Assembly: GCA_038874135.1 (NCBI GenBank)
Contig: JAVZCZ010000001.1
Coordinates: 383,097 to 447,096, forward strand
Reading direction: 5' to 3'
Length of the DNA: 64,000 bases
From: Candidatus Woesearchaeota archaeon
Lineage (GTDB): Archaea; Nanobdellota; Nanobdellia; Woesearchaeales; 0-14-0-80-44-23
Shown: one piece after another, positions 55,983-64,000 of the stretch
Position numbering within the stretch: position 1 is the stretch's first letter
How the letters are laid out: each line of letters starts with the position of its first letter
The notes under the pieces: model-generated
The model's input: the letters and a program-made list of their open reading frames with translations, nothing else
The model's database searches: none
What the model was told of the DNA's origin: nothing
Made by a program: the position numbers and the translations under genes

Positions 55983-58033
55983 CAGCCACAATATTGTTGT
56001 ATTATTCTACTTCTTAAATAAGTATAGCTTGTGGAAGTGAATGCATATCCTTCGCTGCATCCATAACGGCATGCATCCATAGAGCACATTATGCTATCCT
56101 TTTCTGGAACATTTGGACAGCAATAAAGCTCCTCTCCTTCTGGGACATAACAATTATCGTAGCAGTCCCTTCCGCCAACAGTATACCAACCGCTAGGGCA
56201 AGAACTGCACCTGCCTCCTCCATAACCTTCATCACAAAGTCCAAAGGTGTGTCCCATTTCGTGAGTGCACACATTAGTAATGCGAGTACCTGAAGATACG
56301 AGTGCAGGGTAGTTTAGGTAGGTATATCCGCCAATACAACTTTCTCCTTCATTATACACGCAGTCCCCTGCAACTACACCTATGATTCTATCATACTTTC
56401 CCGCGTACCCCCAGGAAGTTGCACATTGTTGTATTATGTTTAGCGCATTACCATTTCTTCTGTCAGTTTCCGATACTGGACAAATTTTAGTATCTTCAAA
56501 TAAGTAGCACACTCTATCTGGACATTCCTTGAATGGACTTAGCGAAACCCAAGCGTCTCTCGCTGCCTTGGCAACATTTCCAAAGTTGCTTATAGGATCT
56601 ATTTTTATAAATAACATAGTAAACGAGCAGCTGTTTTTGCATGTATTTCCATCCCAGCTTTTTCCATTTGGACAGCAAGCCTTGTCATTACTATTCTTAG
56701 GATTTGACATGCATTTCAAGCCAGAGTTGCACTCTGCATCGCACTCACACCTTTGCCCTTCTGCTTTTCCTCCTGGTGTGATGCAGTATAAGCCGTTCTG
56801 CTTTTGGCACTTTTTTGTTCCGGAGGGACAGCATCCGCTGCTTTCTGCTCCTACACAGTTTGGACAGCATTCAGCAGTGCACTTGCAGTCATTAGGAGAG
56901 TTTTGGCAGTTTTCGCTGAATGGCTCACTAGTGTTGCAGATGCCATCATTTTTGTAGTTTGTGCACGCCCCGTTTTTGTAGTAGCTGTCTGGGGGGCAGC
57001 ATCTAAATGTGCCAAATCTTGTATCGCAGATTAGTTTTTCTCTATCTTGTGAGCATTGGCAGTCCTGAGTGCACTGCTGCCCCTTTGCTGATAGCTTCGT
57101 CTTTTCAATGCAGCCTCTTTCATCTAGGAAGTTTTGAATTGCTGGGCAGTCCGCCTTGCAGATCTGTGAATCTGAGCATTTGCAGTCCTGAAAGAGGGGG
57201 TAGTCTAAGCAGCTTTCTCCCCTGTTTGGCTCGCAAATGCCATTCCCCTTGTGAGGGCAGTCTGCATCATACTGGGTGCAGTCTGGATCGCAAACTCCAT
57301 TGGTGCCGAGGCAGTCTGGATCACAGATGCCATCCTTAATATTGTTAGTTGCTGGGTCACAGATTCCGTCATTTTCATAGTCTACGCAGTCAATATCATA
57401 AACGCCCTTGTCAAAGTTTGTATAGCATGCTGGAATGCAGATCTTGTCTGCATCTGCAGGGTCTATTCTACCATTCTTGTTGGTGTCCAAGCAGTAGGGG
57501 TTGCATACTGATTTTTCCATTGGACTCTTGCAAGCTGGATCGCAGATTCCGAGGGCAATACAGGCAGCATCGCACTTGTCATCTTCAAGGTTGCACTCCT
57601 CAGCTGCATTCGCCCTCGTTATTATGATGTAGTTATCTTTTTTGTAGATGTGTATGATTCCTGAGTTTTCAATATTTGATGGTATTACTACTGAGTTTCC
57701 TGGAAAGAAGTATGTTGTGCTAGTGAGGTTGTTGATTGCAAAATGAGCCAGAATCCTGTTCTGGCTAATGTTTATGGTATAGATTAGTGGGTCTTTGAGC
57801 GTTATTACGTATTCAACATTTGCGGGAGTGGATGCTGCTTTTTCTATTGCACTCTTTAAATCCTCAACTACTGAGATTGTGTAATCAATCTCAACCTGCT
57901 TCGCCTGTTGGAGAGCCAGGTTTCTTAGGACGCCTACTATTGCAAGAGAGATGAATATCATTCCTATTATAAGGATTGAATTTGTTAAAGTGGCGCCTCT
58001 TCTTCTGGTCCGGTTATTCAAAAATATTTTCAC
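55982..58033 (-). CDS. pilin-like protein with Cys-rich (DGICDPxC) repeat region and C-terminal HExxH metalloprotease-like domain
   Basis: N-terminus ...NNRTRRRG|ATLTNSILIIGMIFISLAIVGVL (GTG/TTG start). Cys-rich region about nt 56624-57601. HEMGHTFGLCDE at nt 56249-56263 and following. Confidence 0.6.
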   Translation of the reverse strand: MKIFLNNRTRRRGATLTNSILIIGMIFISLAIVGVLRNLALQQAKQVEIDYTISVVEDLKSAIEKAASTPANVEYVITLKDPLIYTINISQNRILAHFAINNLTSTTYFFPGNSVVIPSNIENSGIIHIYKKDNYIIITRANAAEECNLEDDKCDAACIALGICDPACKSPMEKSVCNPYCLDTNKNGRIDPADADKICIPACYTNFDKGVYDIDCVDYENDGICDPATNNIKDGICDPDCLGTNGVCDPDCTQYDADCPHKGNGICEPNRGESCLDYPLFQDCKCSDSQICKADCPAIQNFLDERGCIEKTKLSAKGQQCTQDCQCSQDREKLICDTRFGTFRCCPPDSYYKNGACTNYKNDGICNTSEPFSENCQNSPNDCKCTAECCPNCVGAESSGCCPSGTKKCQKQNGLYCITPGGKAEGQRCECDAECNSGLKCMSNPKNSNDKACCPNGKSWDGNTCKNSCSFTMLFIKIDPISNFGNVAKAARDAWVSLSPFKECPDRVCYLFEDTKICPVSETDRRNGNALNIIQQCATSWGYAGKYDRIIGVVAGDCVYNEGESCIGGYTYLNYPALVSSGTRITNVCTHEMGHTFGLCDEGYGGGRCSSCPSGWYTVGGRDCYDNCYVPEGEELYCCPNVPEKDSIMCSMDACRYGCSEGYAFTSTSYTYLRSRIIQQYCG

Positions 58034-58115
58034 CTCTTTTTAAATCCCGTATTTAGAAAAAGATATTTATAAATCCTTCTTTATTGTAAGATTAAATGGA
58101 ATGAAAAATAAGAAA

Positions 58116-58649
58116 TTATCTCTCTGTAAATCCAAACCTTACCTTCCAGTTCATCTGGCTTTCAGTGTCTAATCCGCACCCGTCATCTAAGCCCCTAGCA
58201 GCCAATTGGTCATATGTTGCTAGGTTGTTGTTGTCTGGATCTAAGAGTGTGTTCTTACAGGTTTCTCCAGTATATTTTCCGTTCTGACATTTATCCACTA
58301 ACACGAAGCAAGGCACCTTGTCCTCACAGAACTGCCACTTTCCATAAGTCACTTTATCCTTCAAATTTTGATTGCCGTTCCAATCAACCTGTATTGTTCT
58401 CTTGCAGAACTCAATTAGTGTGTTGTCATCATTTATTGCTTCGCATAACCCTTGACAGGTCTGTATTGCCTTATCAATTGTCGCCTTTGTAAAGTACTCT
58501 GTTGAAGCACCTTCCATCTTACCAGAGCTCTTCTCAGTAAACTTGAAGAATAGGCTAAGCACGACTAGCGAAATTATGAGTAGTACGAAAAGCCCGAATA
58601 TCATTTGAAGCTCCTTTTCTCCCTTTCTTGAAAAGAACACTTGTATCAC
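58116..58649 (-). CDS. small Cys-containing pilin-like protein, first gene of the block
   Basis: With the GTG start: MIQVFFSRKG|EKELQMIFGLFVLLIISLVVLSLFF. An alternative ATG at 58604 is preceded by AAGGAG. TATA-like tttatatattg lies about 30-40 nt upstream of 58649. Confidence 0.5.
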   Translation of the reverse strand: MIQVFFSRKGEKELQMIFGLFVLLIISLVVLSLFFKFTEKSSGKMEGASTEYFTKATIDKAIQTCQGLCEAINDDNTLIEFCKRTIQVDWNGNQNLKDKVTYGKWQFCEDKVPCFVLVDKCQNGKYTGETCKNTLLDPDNNNLATYDQLAARGLDDGCGLDTESQMNWKVRFGFTER

Positions 58650-58708
58650 CTCTGAATTAAGAAAAATTGGGTAATTTCAATATATAAAACTTTCTGTAAT
58701 TTCAATTT

Positions 58709-59926
58709 TTATTCCTCATATCTCAAGGCTTCTGCCGGCTGCAGTTTAGCTGCCTGTCTTGCGGGAAGGAAGCCTGCAAATGCACCTATTGCGAATGAGA
58801 ATATTAGCAGCATCACCAAAAGTGGTGGGTTTATTGATATTTTCAGGATTGACACTTTAAATATGTCCGTTGCTACAAAACCTATTGTATAAGATGCTGC
58901 TGTCCCGAGCACAACTCCAATTATTCCGCCTACGAGCCCTAAAAGGCCTGCTTCTAGAATGAAAATCGCCATTATTTCTGACTCCTTAGCGCCTATTGCT
59001 TTCATGACGCCTATGTCGCGAGTTCTTTCAAGTACCGAAGTGTACATTGTGTTTGTGATTCCTACTGCGCCTACCAGGAGTGATATCGCCGCTATTCCTA
59101 CCAGGAGTGCCTGAACTATTTTTAGAATGTCTAAGAAGGAGTTTATGATGTTTCTTGTGCTCTGCACGCTGAATGACTCCTCTCCTTTTTTCTCATTTCT
59201 TTCCCTGCGAAGAGTGTCTTTCAAGCGCTCTTCAACTGAGTTTATATCAGAGTTGCTTTTCACTATTACACTTATTGAAGAGAGCTCATCTTCTTTGTTA
59301 TCTAATGCTCTAGCAACATCTAAGGGCATCCTCACCACATAGTCAAAAATTCCGGAGCCTGCTGTTTTCTGTATGCCTATCACCTCAAATGGGATGTTGT
59401 CAATTGTAACTATGTCACCAACTCGCACCTTCTTAGAAAAAGCCTTCTCAGCTATTCCGCTTCCTATTATGATTTTATATTTGTCTCCTGGCTTGAAGTC
59501 TCGCCCTTTTTCTATTTCATAAAGACCGCTCTGCTCAGCATATCTAATTGTCTTCTCATCAGTGGATATGCCTCTAACATAGGCTTGTATTGATTCCTTT
59601 CCGAAGCTTATTTGCTTGCTGGTTATGTAAACTCCTATTGCATATTCTACGCCTTGAACGCTCATTGCTCTTTCAAGGTCCTTGTCAGTGAGCTTTACTG
59701 TTGTTCTAAGCATTGATATTCCAGCAGCTCCTGCTGGGCTTATTGTTAACCTGTTTGAGCCGAGCTTTGAGAATTGTGCATTAACCGCGTTTGTTAGCCC
59801 CTGTCCTAGCGATATCAGAGTAACAACTGCGCTTATGCCTATGAATATTCCTATTATTGTAAGGAAGCTTCTAATCTTCCTTTTGCTTATGTAATTCAAA
59901 ACTATTCTGAAAAGTTCGCTTAGCAT
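58709..59926 (-). CDS. ABC transporter permease, FtsX/MacB-like
   Basis: N-terminal TM, a large extracytoplasmic domain, and a C-terminal FtsX module (TNTMYTSVLERTRDIGVMKAIGA). Confidence 0.85.
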   Translation of the reverse strand: MLSELFRIVLNYISKRKIRSFLTIIGIFIGISAVVTLISLGQGLTNAVNAQFSKLGSNRLTISPAGAAGISMLRTTVKLTDKDLERAMSVQGVEYAIGVYITSKQISFGKESIQAYVRGISTDEKTIRYAEQSGLYEIEKGRDFKPGDKYKIIIGSGIAEKAFSKKVRVGDIVTIDNIPFEVIGIQKTAGSGIFDYVVRMPLDVARALDNKEDELSSISVIVKSNSDINSVEERLKDTLRRERNEKKGEESFSVQSTRNIINSFLDILKIVQALLVGIAAISLLVGAVGITNTMYTSVLERTRDIGVMKAIGAKESEIMAIFILEAGLLGLVGGIIGVVLGTAASYTIGFVATDIFKVSILKISINPPLLVMLLIFSFAIGAFAGFLPARQAAKLQPAEALRYEE

Positions 59927-59928
59927 TT

Positions 59929-61149
59929 TCAGAGCCTTTGCCTTATGCTTTCTACAACCTTCATCTTGGAAGCATGCCTTGCCGGTAGGAATCCTGAGAG
60001 CATTCCGAAAGCCATTGAAAATAGGAGAGCGCCTATTATAAGAATTGGAGAAAAGTATGCCTTGAGCAGGTTAGTTTTCAGTGCAATAAGCGCAAGCTGC
60101 TCTATTGCCTTACTTAGAAGAAAGCCGAAGAATACCCCTATTGCTCCTCCTATAAGACCAATGAGACCCGCTTCTATTAGGAATAGGAGTAGGATGTCTG
60201 AATTTTTTGCCCCAACGGCTTTCATTATTCCTATATCCCGCGTCCTTTCTAGGACTGAAGTGTACATCGTATTCATTATGCCAACTCCGCCTACAATTAT
60301 TGAAATTGCAGCTATTCCGAGCACAACTATCTGTACTGCACTTAGAATTGAGTTAAAGCTCTCTAATATTTGCTGAGGGGTCTGCACTGAAAAATCCTCT
60401 TTTCCCTCTTTCAGGTTTCTGCTTTTGCGAAGGTTCTTCTTTATTGCTTCTGCAGTCCTGTTAACTTCAGCTTCTGAAACTGATTCCACTATTATCATAT
60501 CATACTGATCTTTTCTTCCAAATATCTCCTCAGCGTCTGCTAAAGGTATTGCTATGCTGGTATCATCTGATGGGTTGCCCACTGGCTCCATTATTCCAAC
60601 AACTTCAAATTTTTTTCCTCTAATGAGCAGCGAGTCACCAACCTTAACTGGCTTGTGAAAAAAATCGTCAGGAGTTGCTAGCATACTTCCGCACATTGCC
60701 TTTCCCCGCTCTCCAGCTTCAACATACCTGCCCTGACTTATCTTTATATTCTGCATATTTTTAAAAAAGTTCAGGTTCTCAGAATCTGAAGGTATTCCGT
60801 TTACAATAGTGTACTTTGTTTCTCCGCTATGTTTAACCTCTACTGTTGAATAGATTATGCCTGCAGCTTTGGTAACTCCGGCTGTTGTCTTTATTATTTC
60901 AAGTTCGTCTTTTGTAAAGTAAGACTTGCTGGCTAAAGAATTAAATATTTCAGAACCGGGAACTATTATGAGCTTATTCTTTCCGAGGGCATCAAATTGG
61001 GCAACTATGGCACTCCTTACACCCTGACTTATTGAAATTAGAGAAACGATTGTGGAGATGCCTATAATTATGCCGAGTATTGTAAGCCAGGACCTCATTC
61101 GTCTCCGCCGAATCCCTTTTACGGCGAAGGCGAAGTATTCCCTTATCAC
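59929..61149 (-). CDS. ABC transporter permease, FtsX/MacB-like (second copy)
   Basis: Same architecture; MNTMYTSVLERTRDIGIMKAVGA. Confidence 0.85.
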   Translation of the reverse strand: MIREYFAFAVKGIRRRRMRSWLTILGIIIGISTIVSLISISQGVRSAIVAQFDALGKNKLIIVPGSEIFNSLASKSYFTKDELEIIKTTAGVTKAAGIIYSTVEVKHSGETKYTIVNGIPSDSENLNFFKNMQNIKISQGRYVEAGERGKAMCGSMLATPDDFFHKPVKVGDSLLIRGKKFEVVGIMEPVGNPSDDTSIAIPLADAEEIFGRKDQYDMIIVESVSEAEVNRTAEAIKKNLRKSRNLKEGKEDFSVQTPQQILESFNSILSAVQIVVLGIAAISIIVGGVGIMNTMYTSVLERTRDIGIMKAVGAKNSDILLLFLIEAGLIGLIGGAIGVFFGFLLSKAIEQLALIALKTNLLKAYFSPILIIGALLFSMAFGMLSGFLPARHASKMKVVESIRQRL

Positions 61150-61171
61150 AAAACATCACTTCCCAATTTGC

Positions 61172-62437
61172 TCACTTGTGCTGAACATGGGAGTGTTTCC
61201 TCTTCCTATAGATAAGGTAGATGACTGCAAAGGCTGCTGTTACGAGTATCCACAAGACTAATGAGTTATTCCGCTGATAGATGCCGAGAGCTCTCTGCTC
61301 CGAAGCAGTGTAAACTCTCAGTGAAACCGTTTTGTTCTCCGTATAAGTCCTTCCCAGTGAATCTGCATACCTTAACTTTACAGGAAGCTGCAAGGTGCCG
61401 TTAGCAGTCTTTGAAATATGAACTCTCAATTCAAGCGTGTCATAATCATCAGAAGATATCTCCCCAACATACTGCTTTGCCCCTGAAATTATGCTGAGGC
61501 CATCCACTTCTGAGGCTTCTGCTTCAATGAACCTTGCAGATCCAATTCCTGAGTTTACAATCCTTATGGTAACCGGACCCGTATATCCCTGGCTTATCGG
61601 ATTTGCGGATTCTAATAGTAGGTCAATTCTGGGCATGGGATTTATTAATATTCCTATCATTTCATTGACGGAGTGCTCGACATTAGCATCGTCCTTGTAG
61701 GTTATTGTTACTGGAATTTTGTAGAGTCCTGCAGCTGCGCTGGGAGAAACTATAAGTTTAAATGGGAAGGTCTGAATCCCGTTTGGTTCTATGCCGTAGG
61801 ACTTCTGCTGTAAGCCCGATTCGGTAGGGGCGAGTGGTAAGGCTTCATTTATTAAAAGTGCTACTGTTATGTCACGCATCTGCGCCTCTGCAAGGTTTTT
61901 TAGTGTTATGTTCAGCTGGGCTTCCTGGCCCGGTTCAAAATATTGAGATGATGTTGAAATTTTGTTAAGAACAAGACCCTTGAAGTATCGTCGGACTTCT
62001 ACTGAAAATTCTGGGAAGTCGACCCATTCTGAATTGTCAATTCTATACCTGAGTTTTATGGTGTTGCTTCCTGAAATTGCCCTTTCATCCACTCTGACCT
62101 TGTATTCTATTATTGGGGTGAGGGAGCCAGTCTGCAGGCTCTCTAGAGTTCCAATGTTTTTTATGCCGTCTTCTCCGGTGTCCAGATAGAATGGATATTC
62201 CTGGACGAGCTGAATTTGAACATTTTTAGCTATTTCTCTACCTAGGTTTTCAATCCTAAACCTTAAGGTTACATACTGTCCTGCATCCACTGGATATGGG
62301 TCCTGATTTATCAGGGTTGCCCTGAGATAGTAGCCGGGCATCAGCAATGCTTCAGAATTTCCCGCCAGTGTAACTAATACGAGAAAAACAACTGCCAGAC
62401 TTGTTAAGTGCTTTGTTTTCTTTTTCTTCATGCTCAT
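61172..62437 (-). CDS. secreted beta-rich (CARDB/S-layer-domain-like) protein with C-terminal TM anchor
   Basis: Start set to the ATG at 62437 (MSMKKKKTKHLTSLAVVFLVLVTLAG). Repeated Ig-like segments and a C-terminal anchor LVLWILVTAAFAVIYLIY. It is embedded in the ABC operon. Confidence 0.6.
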   Translation of the reverse strand: MSMKKKKTKHLTSLAVVFLVLVTLAGNSEALLMPGYYLRATLINQDPYPVDAGQYVTLRFRIENLGREIAKNVQIQLVQEYPFYLDTGEDGIKNIGTLESLQTGSLTPIIEYKVRVDERAISGSNTIKLRYRIDNSEWVDFPEFSVEVRRYFKGLVLNKISTSSQYFEPGQEAQLNITLKNLAEAQMRDITVALLINEALPLAPTESGLQQKSYGIEPNGIQTFPFKLIVSPSAAAGLYKIPVTITYKDDANVEHSVNEMIGILINPMPRIDLLLESANPISQGYTGPVTIRIVNSGIGSARFIEAEASEVDGLSIISGAKQYVGEISSDDYDTLELRVHISKTANGTLQLPVKLRYADSLGRTYTENKTVSLRVYTASEQRALGIYQRNNSLVLWILVTAAFAVIYLIYRKRKHSHVQHK

Positions 62438-62465
62438 ATTTTCACCTTCATATTTCACCTTTATC

Positions 62466-63149
62466 TTAATCTTTAACGATTCTTCCATCTTTTAAGCGTA
62501 TTATCCTGTCAGCATATCTCTCTGCTAAGGCTTGATCGTGAGTCACGAAAACGATGGTTTTTCCGTCCTTCTCATTAAGCTCCCTTATCATTTCCATAAT
62601 CTCGTGCCCAGCTTTTGAGTCCAGGTTGCCGGTTGGCTCGTCAGCGAGTATCATTTGAGGATCATTAGCTAAGGCTCTGGCTATTGCAACCCTCTGCTGC
62701 TCTCCGCCTGAAAGTTCAGTTGGCTTATGTTCAAGCCGATGTTCCAGGCCTACTCTTTTTAGCAGCTGGCGGGCTCTTTCCTCTTGGAAAGTTTTGGGCA
62801 TGTCTTGGAACATCATTGGAAGCATTACATTCTCTTTTGCAGTAAAGGCGGATATGAGATTGAACTGTTGGAATACGAAGCCTATCTTTTTTCCTCTTAT
62901 CCTTGCAAGAGAGGACTCTGAAAGGTGTGCGATGTTCATTCCATCTAAGAGTACTTCGCCCCTGCTTGGAATATCTAAACATCCAATCAGGTTCATTGTT
63001 GTGGACTTGCCAGAACCGGAGGGACCCATTATTGAAACAAATTCGCCTTTATGTATCTTAAATGTTAACCCTTTAAGTACATCTAGCTTGTTCTTTCCTA
63101 AAAAGTACGACTTCCACACTTCTCTAAATTCTATGACTGGCTTTTCCAT
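62466..63149 (-). CDS. ABC transporter ATP-binding protein (MacB/LolD-like)
   Basis: GPSGSGKST, LSGGEQQRVAIARAL, ILADEPTGNLD. Start set to the ATG at 63149, preceded by GGAGG. Confidence 0.9.
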   Translation of the reverse strand: MEKPVIEFREVWKSYFLGKNKLDVLKGLTFKIHKGEFVSIMGPSGSGKSTTMNLIGCLDIPSRGEVLLDGMNIAHLSESSLARIRGKKIGFVFQQFNLISAFTAKENVMLPMMFQDMPKTFQEERARQLLKRVGLEHRLEHKPTELSGGEQQRVAIARALANDPQMILADEPTGNLDSKAGHEIMEMIRELNEKDGKTIVFVTHDQALAERYADRIIRLKDGRIVKD

Positions 63150-63269
63150 AAAATTCCTCCAATGCTTTAAGAGCAAAAGGGAAGGGAAAGATAGGGGCTT
63201 TTAAATTTTTTCAATAAAACTTTTAAAGATGCCTTAGATATTGTTTTTGTGAGGAGTGAGGTGGAGAAA

Positions 63270-64000
63270 ATGAGTGAAGATCTTAAAAAATTATTCGGAA
63301 CAAACCTTCTAAAGTATGGACTTGCTCAGATGCTTAAAGGAGGAGTCATAATGGATGTAACAAGTGCTGAACAGGCGAAAATTGCTGAGGAGGCTGGAGC
63401 AGTTGCAGTTATGGCTCTGGAAAGGGTGCCTGCTGACATAAGGAAAGAGGGCGGCGTTGCGAGGATGGCGGCCGTGCAGAAGATTAGGGAGATACAAGAA
63501 GCTGTTTCAATTCCAGTCATGGCTAAAGTTAGAATTGGGCATTATTCTGAAGCAGATTTGGAAGAGTCCTTGGGCGTTGATTTTATAGACGAGTCCGAGG
63601 TTTTAACACCTGCTGACGACGAGCACCATATTAACAAGTGGAAGTATAAGGTTCCCTTCGTGTGCGGTGCGCGCAACCTTGGAGAAGCACTCAGGAGAAT
63701 ATCTGAAGGGGCTGCAATGATAAGGACTAAGGGTGAAGCGGGAACTGGAGATGTAAAGGAAGCCGTATCGCACATGAACACAATCAGAAGGGAAATTGCA
63801 GTTCTAGTCGGCTACAACGAGCTTGAAGTTTTAGTAAACAAATATTCGGAAAATGAGGAATATAAGAATCTAGCAGTCAACTCTCTTGAGAAGTATCCTC
63901 TTCTAAGAGAAATCAGTTACGATTCTGAAAGAATAGTTAAGACAATCGGACTTTTGAAACTTAACCGTTATTATCAGAAGAAAAACATACTTGGAATGGA
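63270..64000 (+). CDS. pdxS: pyridoxal 5'-phosphate synthase lyase subunit PdxS, 3' end outside window
   Basis: Hand-translated: [50 protein letters not shown] ... [11 protein letters not shown] ... [13 protein letters not shown]. The frame stays open to nt 64000. Confidence 0.85.
   Translation, partial: MSEDLKKLFGTNLLKYGLAQMLKGGVIMDVTSAEQAKIAEEAGAVAVMALERVPADIRKEGGVARMAAVQKIREIQEAVSIPVMAKVRIGHYSEADLEESLGVDFIDESEVLTPADDEHHINKWKYKVPFVCGARNLGEALRRISEGAAMIRTKGEAGTGDVKEAVSHMNTIRREIAVLVGYNELEVLVNKYSENEEYKNLAVNSLEKYPLLREISYDSERIVKTIGLLKLNRYYQKKNILGM

Overview
The window reads as a contiguous, gene-dense, AT-rich chromosomal segment of a small-genome archaeon, most consistent with a DPANN-type lineage (inference). 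Archaeal markers are aIF-1A, long-form Hef, a fused PriS-PriL-like primase, aRNase J, ScpB, a DacZ-like diadenylate cyclase, a FlaI/FlaJ-type pilus machine, and three tRNAs with TATA boxes about 30 nt upstream. Many bacterial-looking genes are interleaved: RsuA/RluB pseudouridine synthase, LspA, two Ddl-family ATP-grasp ligases, a VanX-like dipeptidase, GyrA, LemA-HtpX and a MacB/FtsX ABC transporter. I saw no rRNA, CRISPR array, transposase or integrase. The most unusual region is 30.8-58.6 kb, almost entirely on the minus strand. It starts with a FlaI-like ATPase plus FlaJ-like platform and three tandem paralogous membrane proteins. It then runs into a 15.6-kb, 14-gene operon-like block at 43000-58649. 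That block encodes a second FlaJ-like platform and at least nine proteins with class-III (prepilin-like) N-termini. Several of these are very large and carry adhesin or enzyme modules: a vWA domain, a C-terminal Hint autoprocessing domain, a Cys-rich HExxH metalloprotease, and a shared 4-Cys C-terminal module. I interpret this as a pilus-like surface apparatus that displays enzyme and adhesin modules, and I do not recognise it as a described system. Secondary points of interest are a lysine-2,3-aminomutase plus two Ddl-like ligases cluster, two GC-rich Y-shaped intergenic RNA-structure candidates, an array of perfect AT palindromes next to a small RHH gene, and an M50-like protein lacking HExxH. 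All calls come from reading motifs by eye in the supplied translations and sequence; no searches were run.
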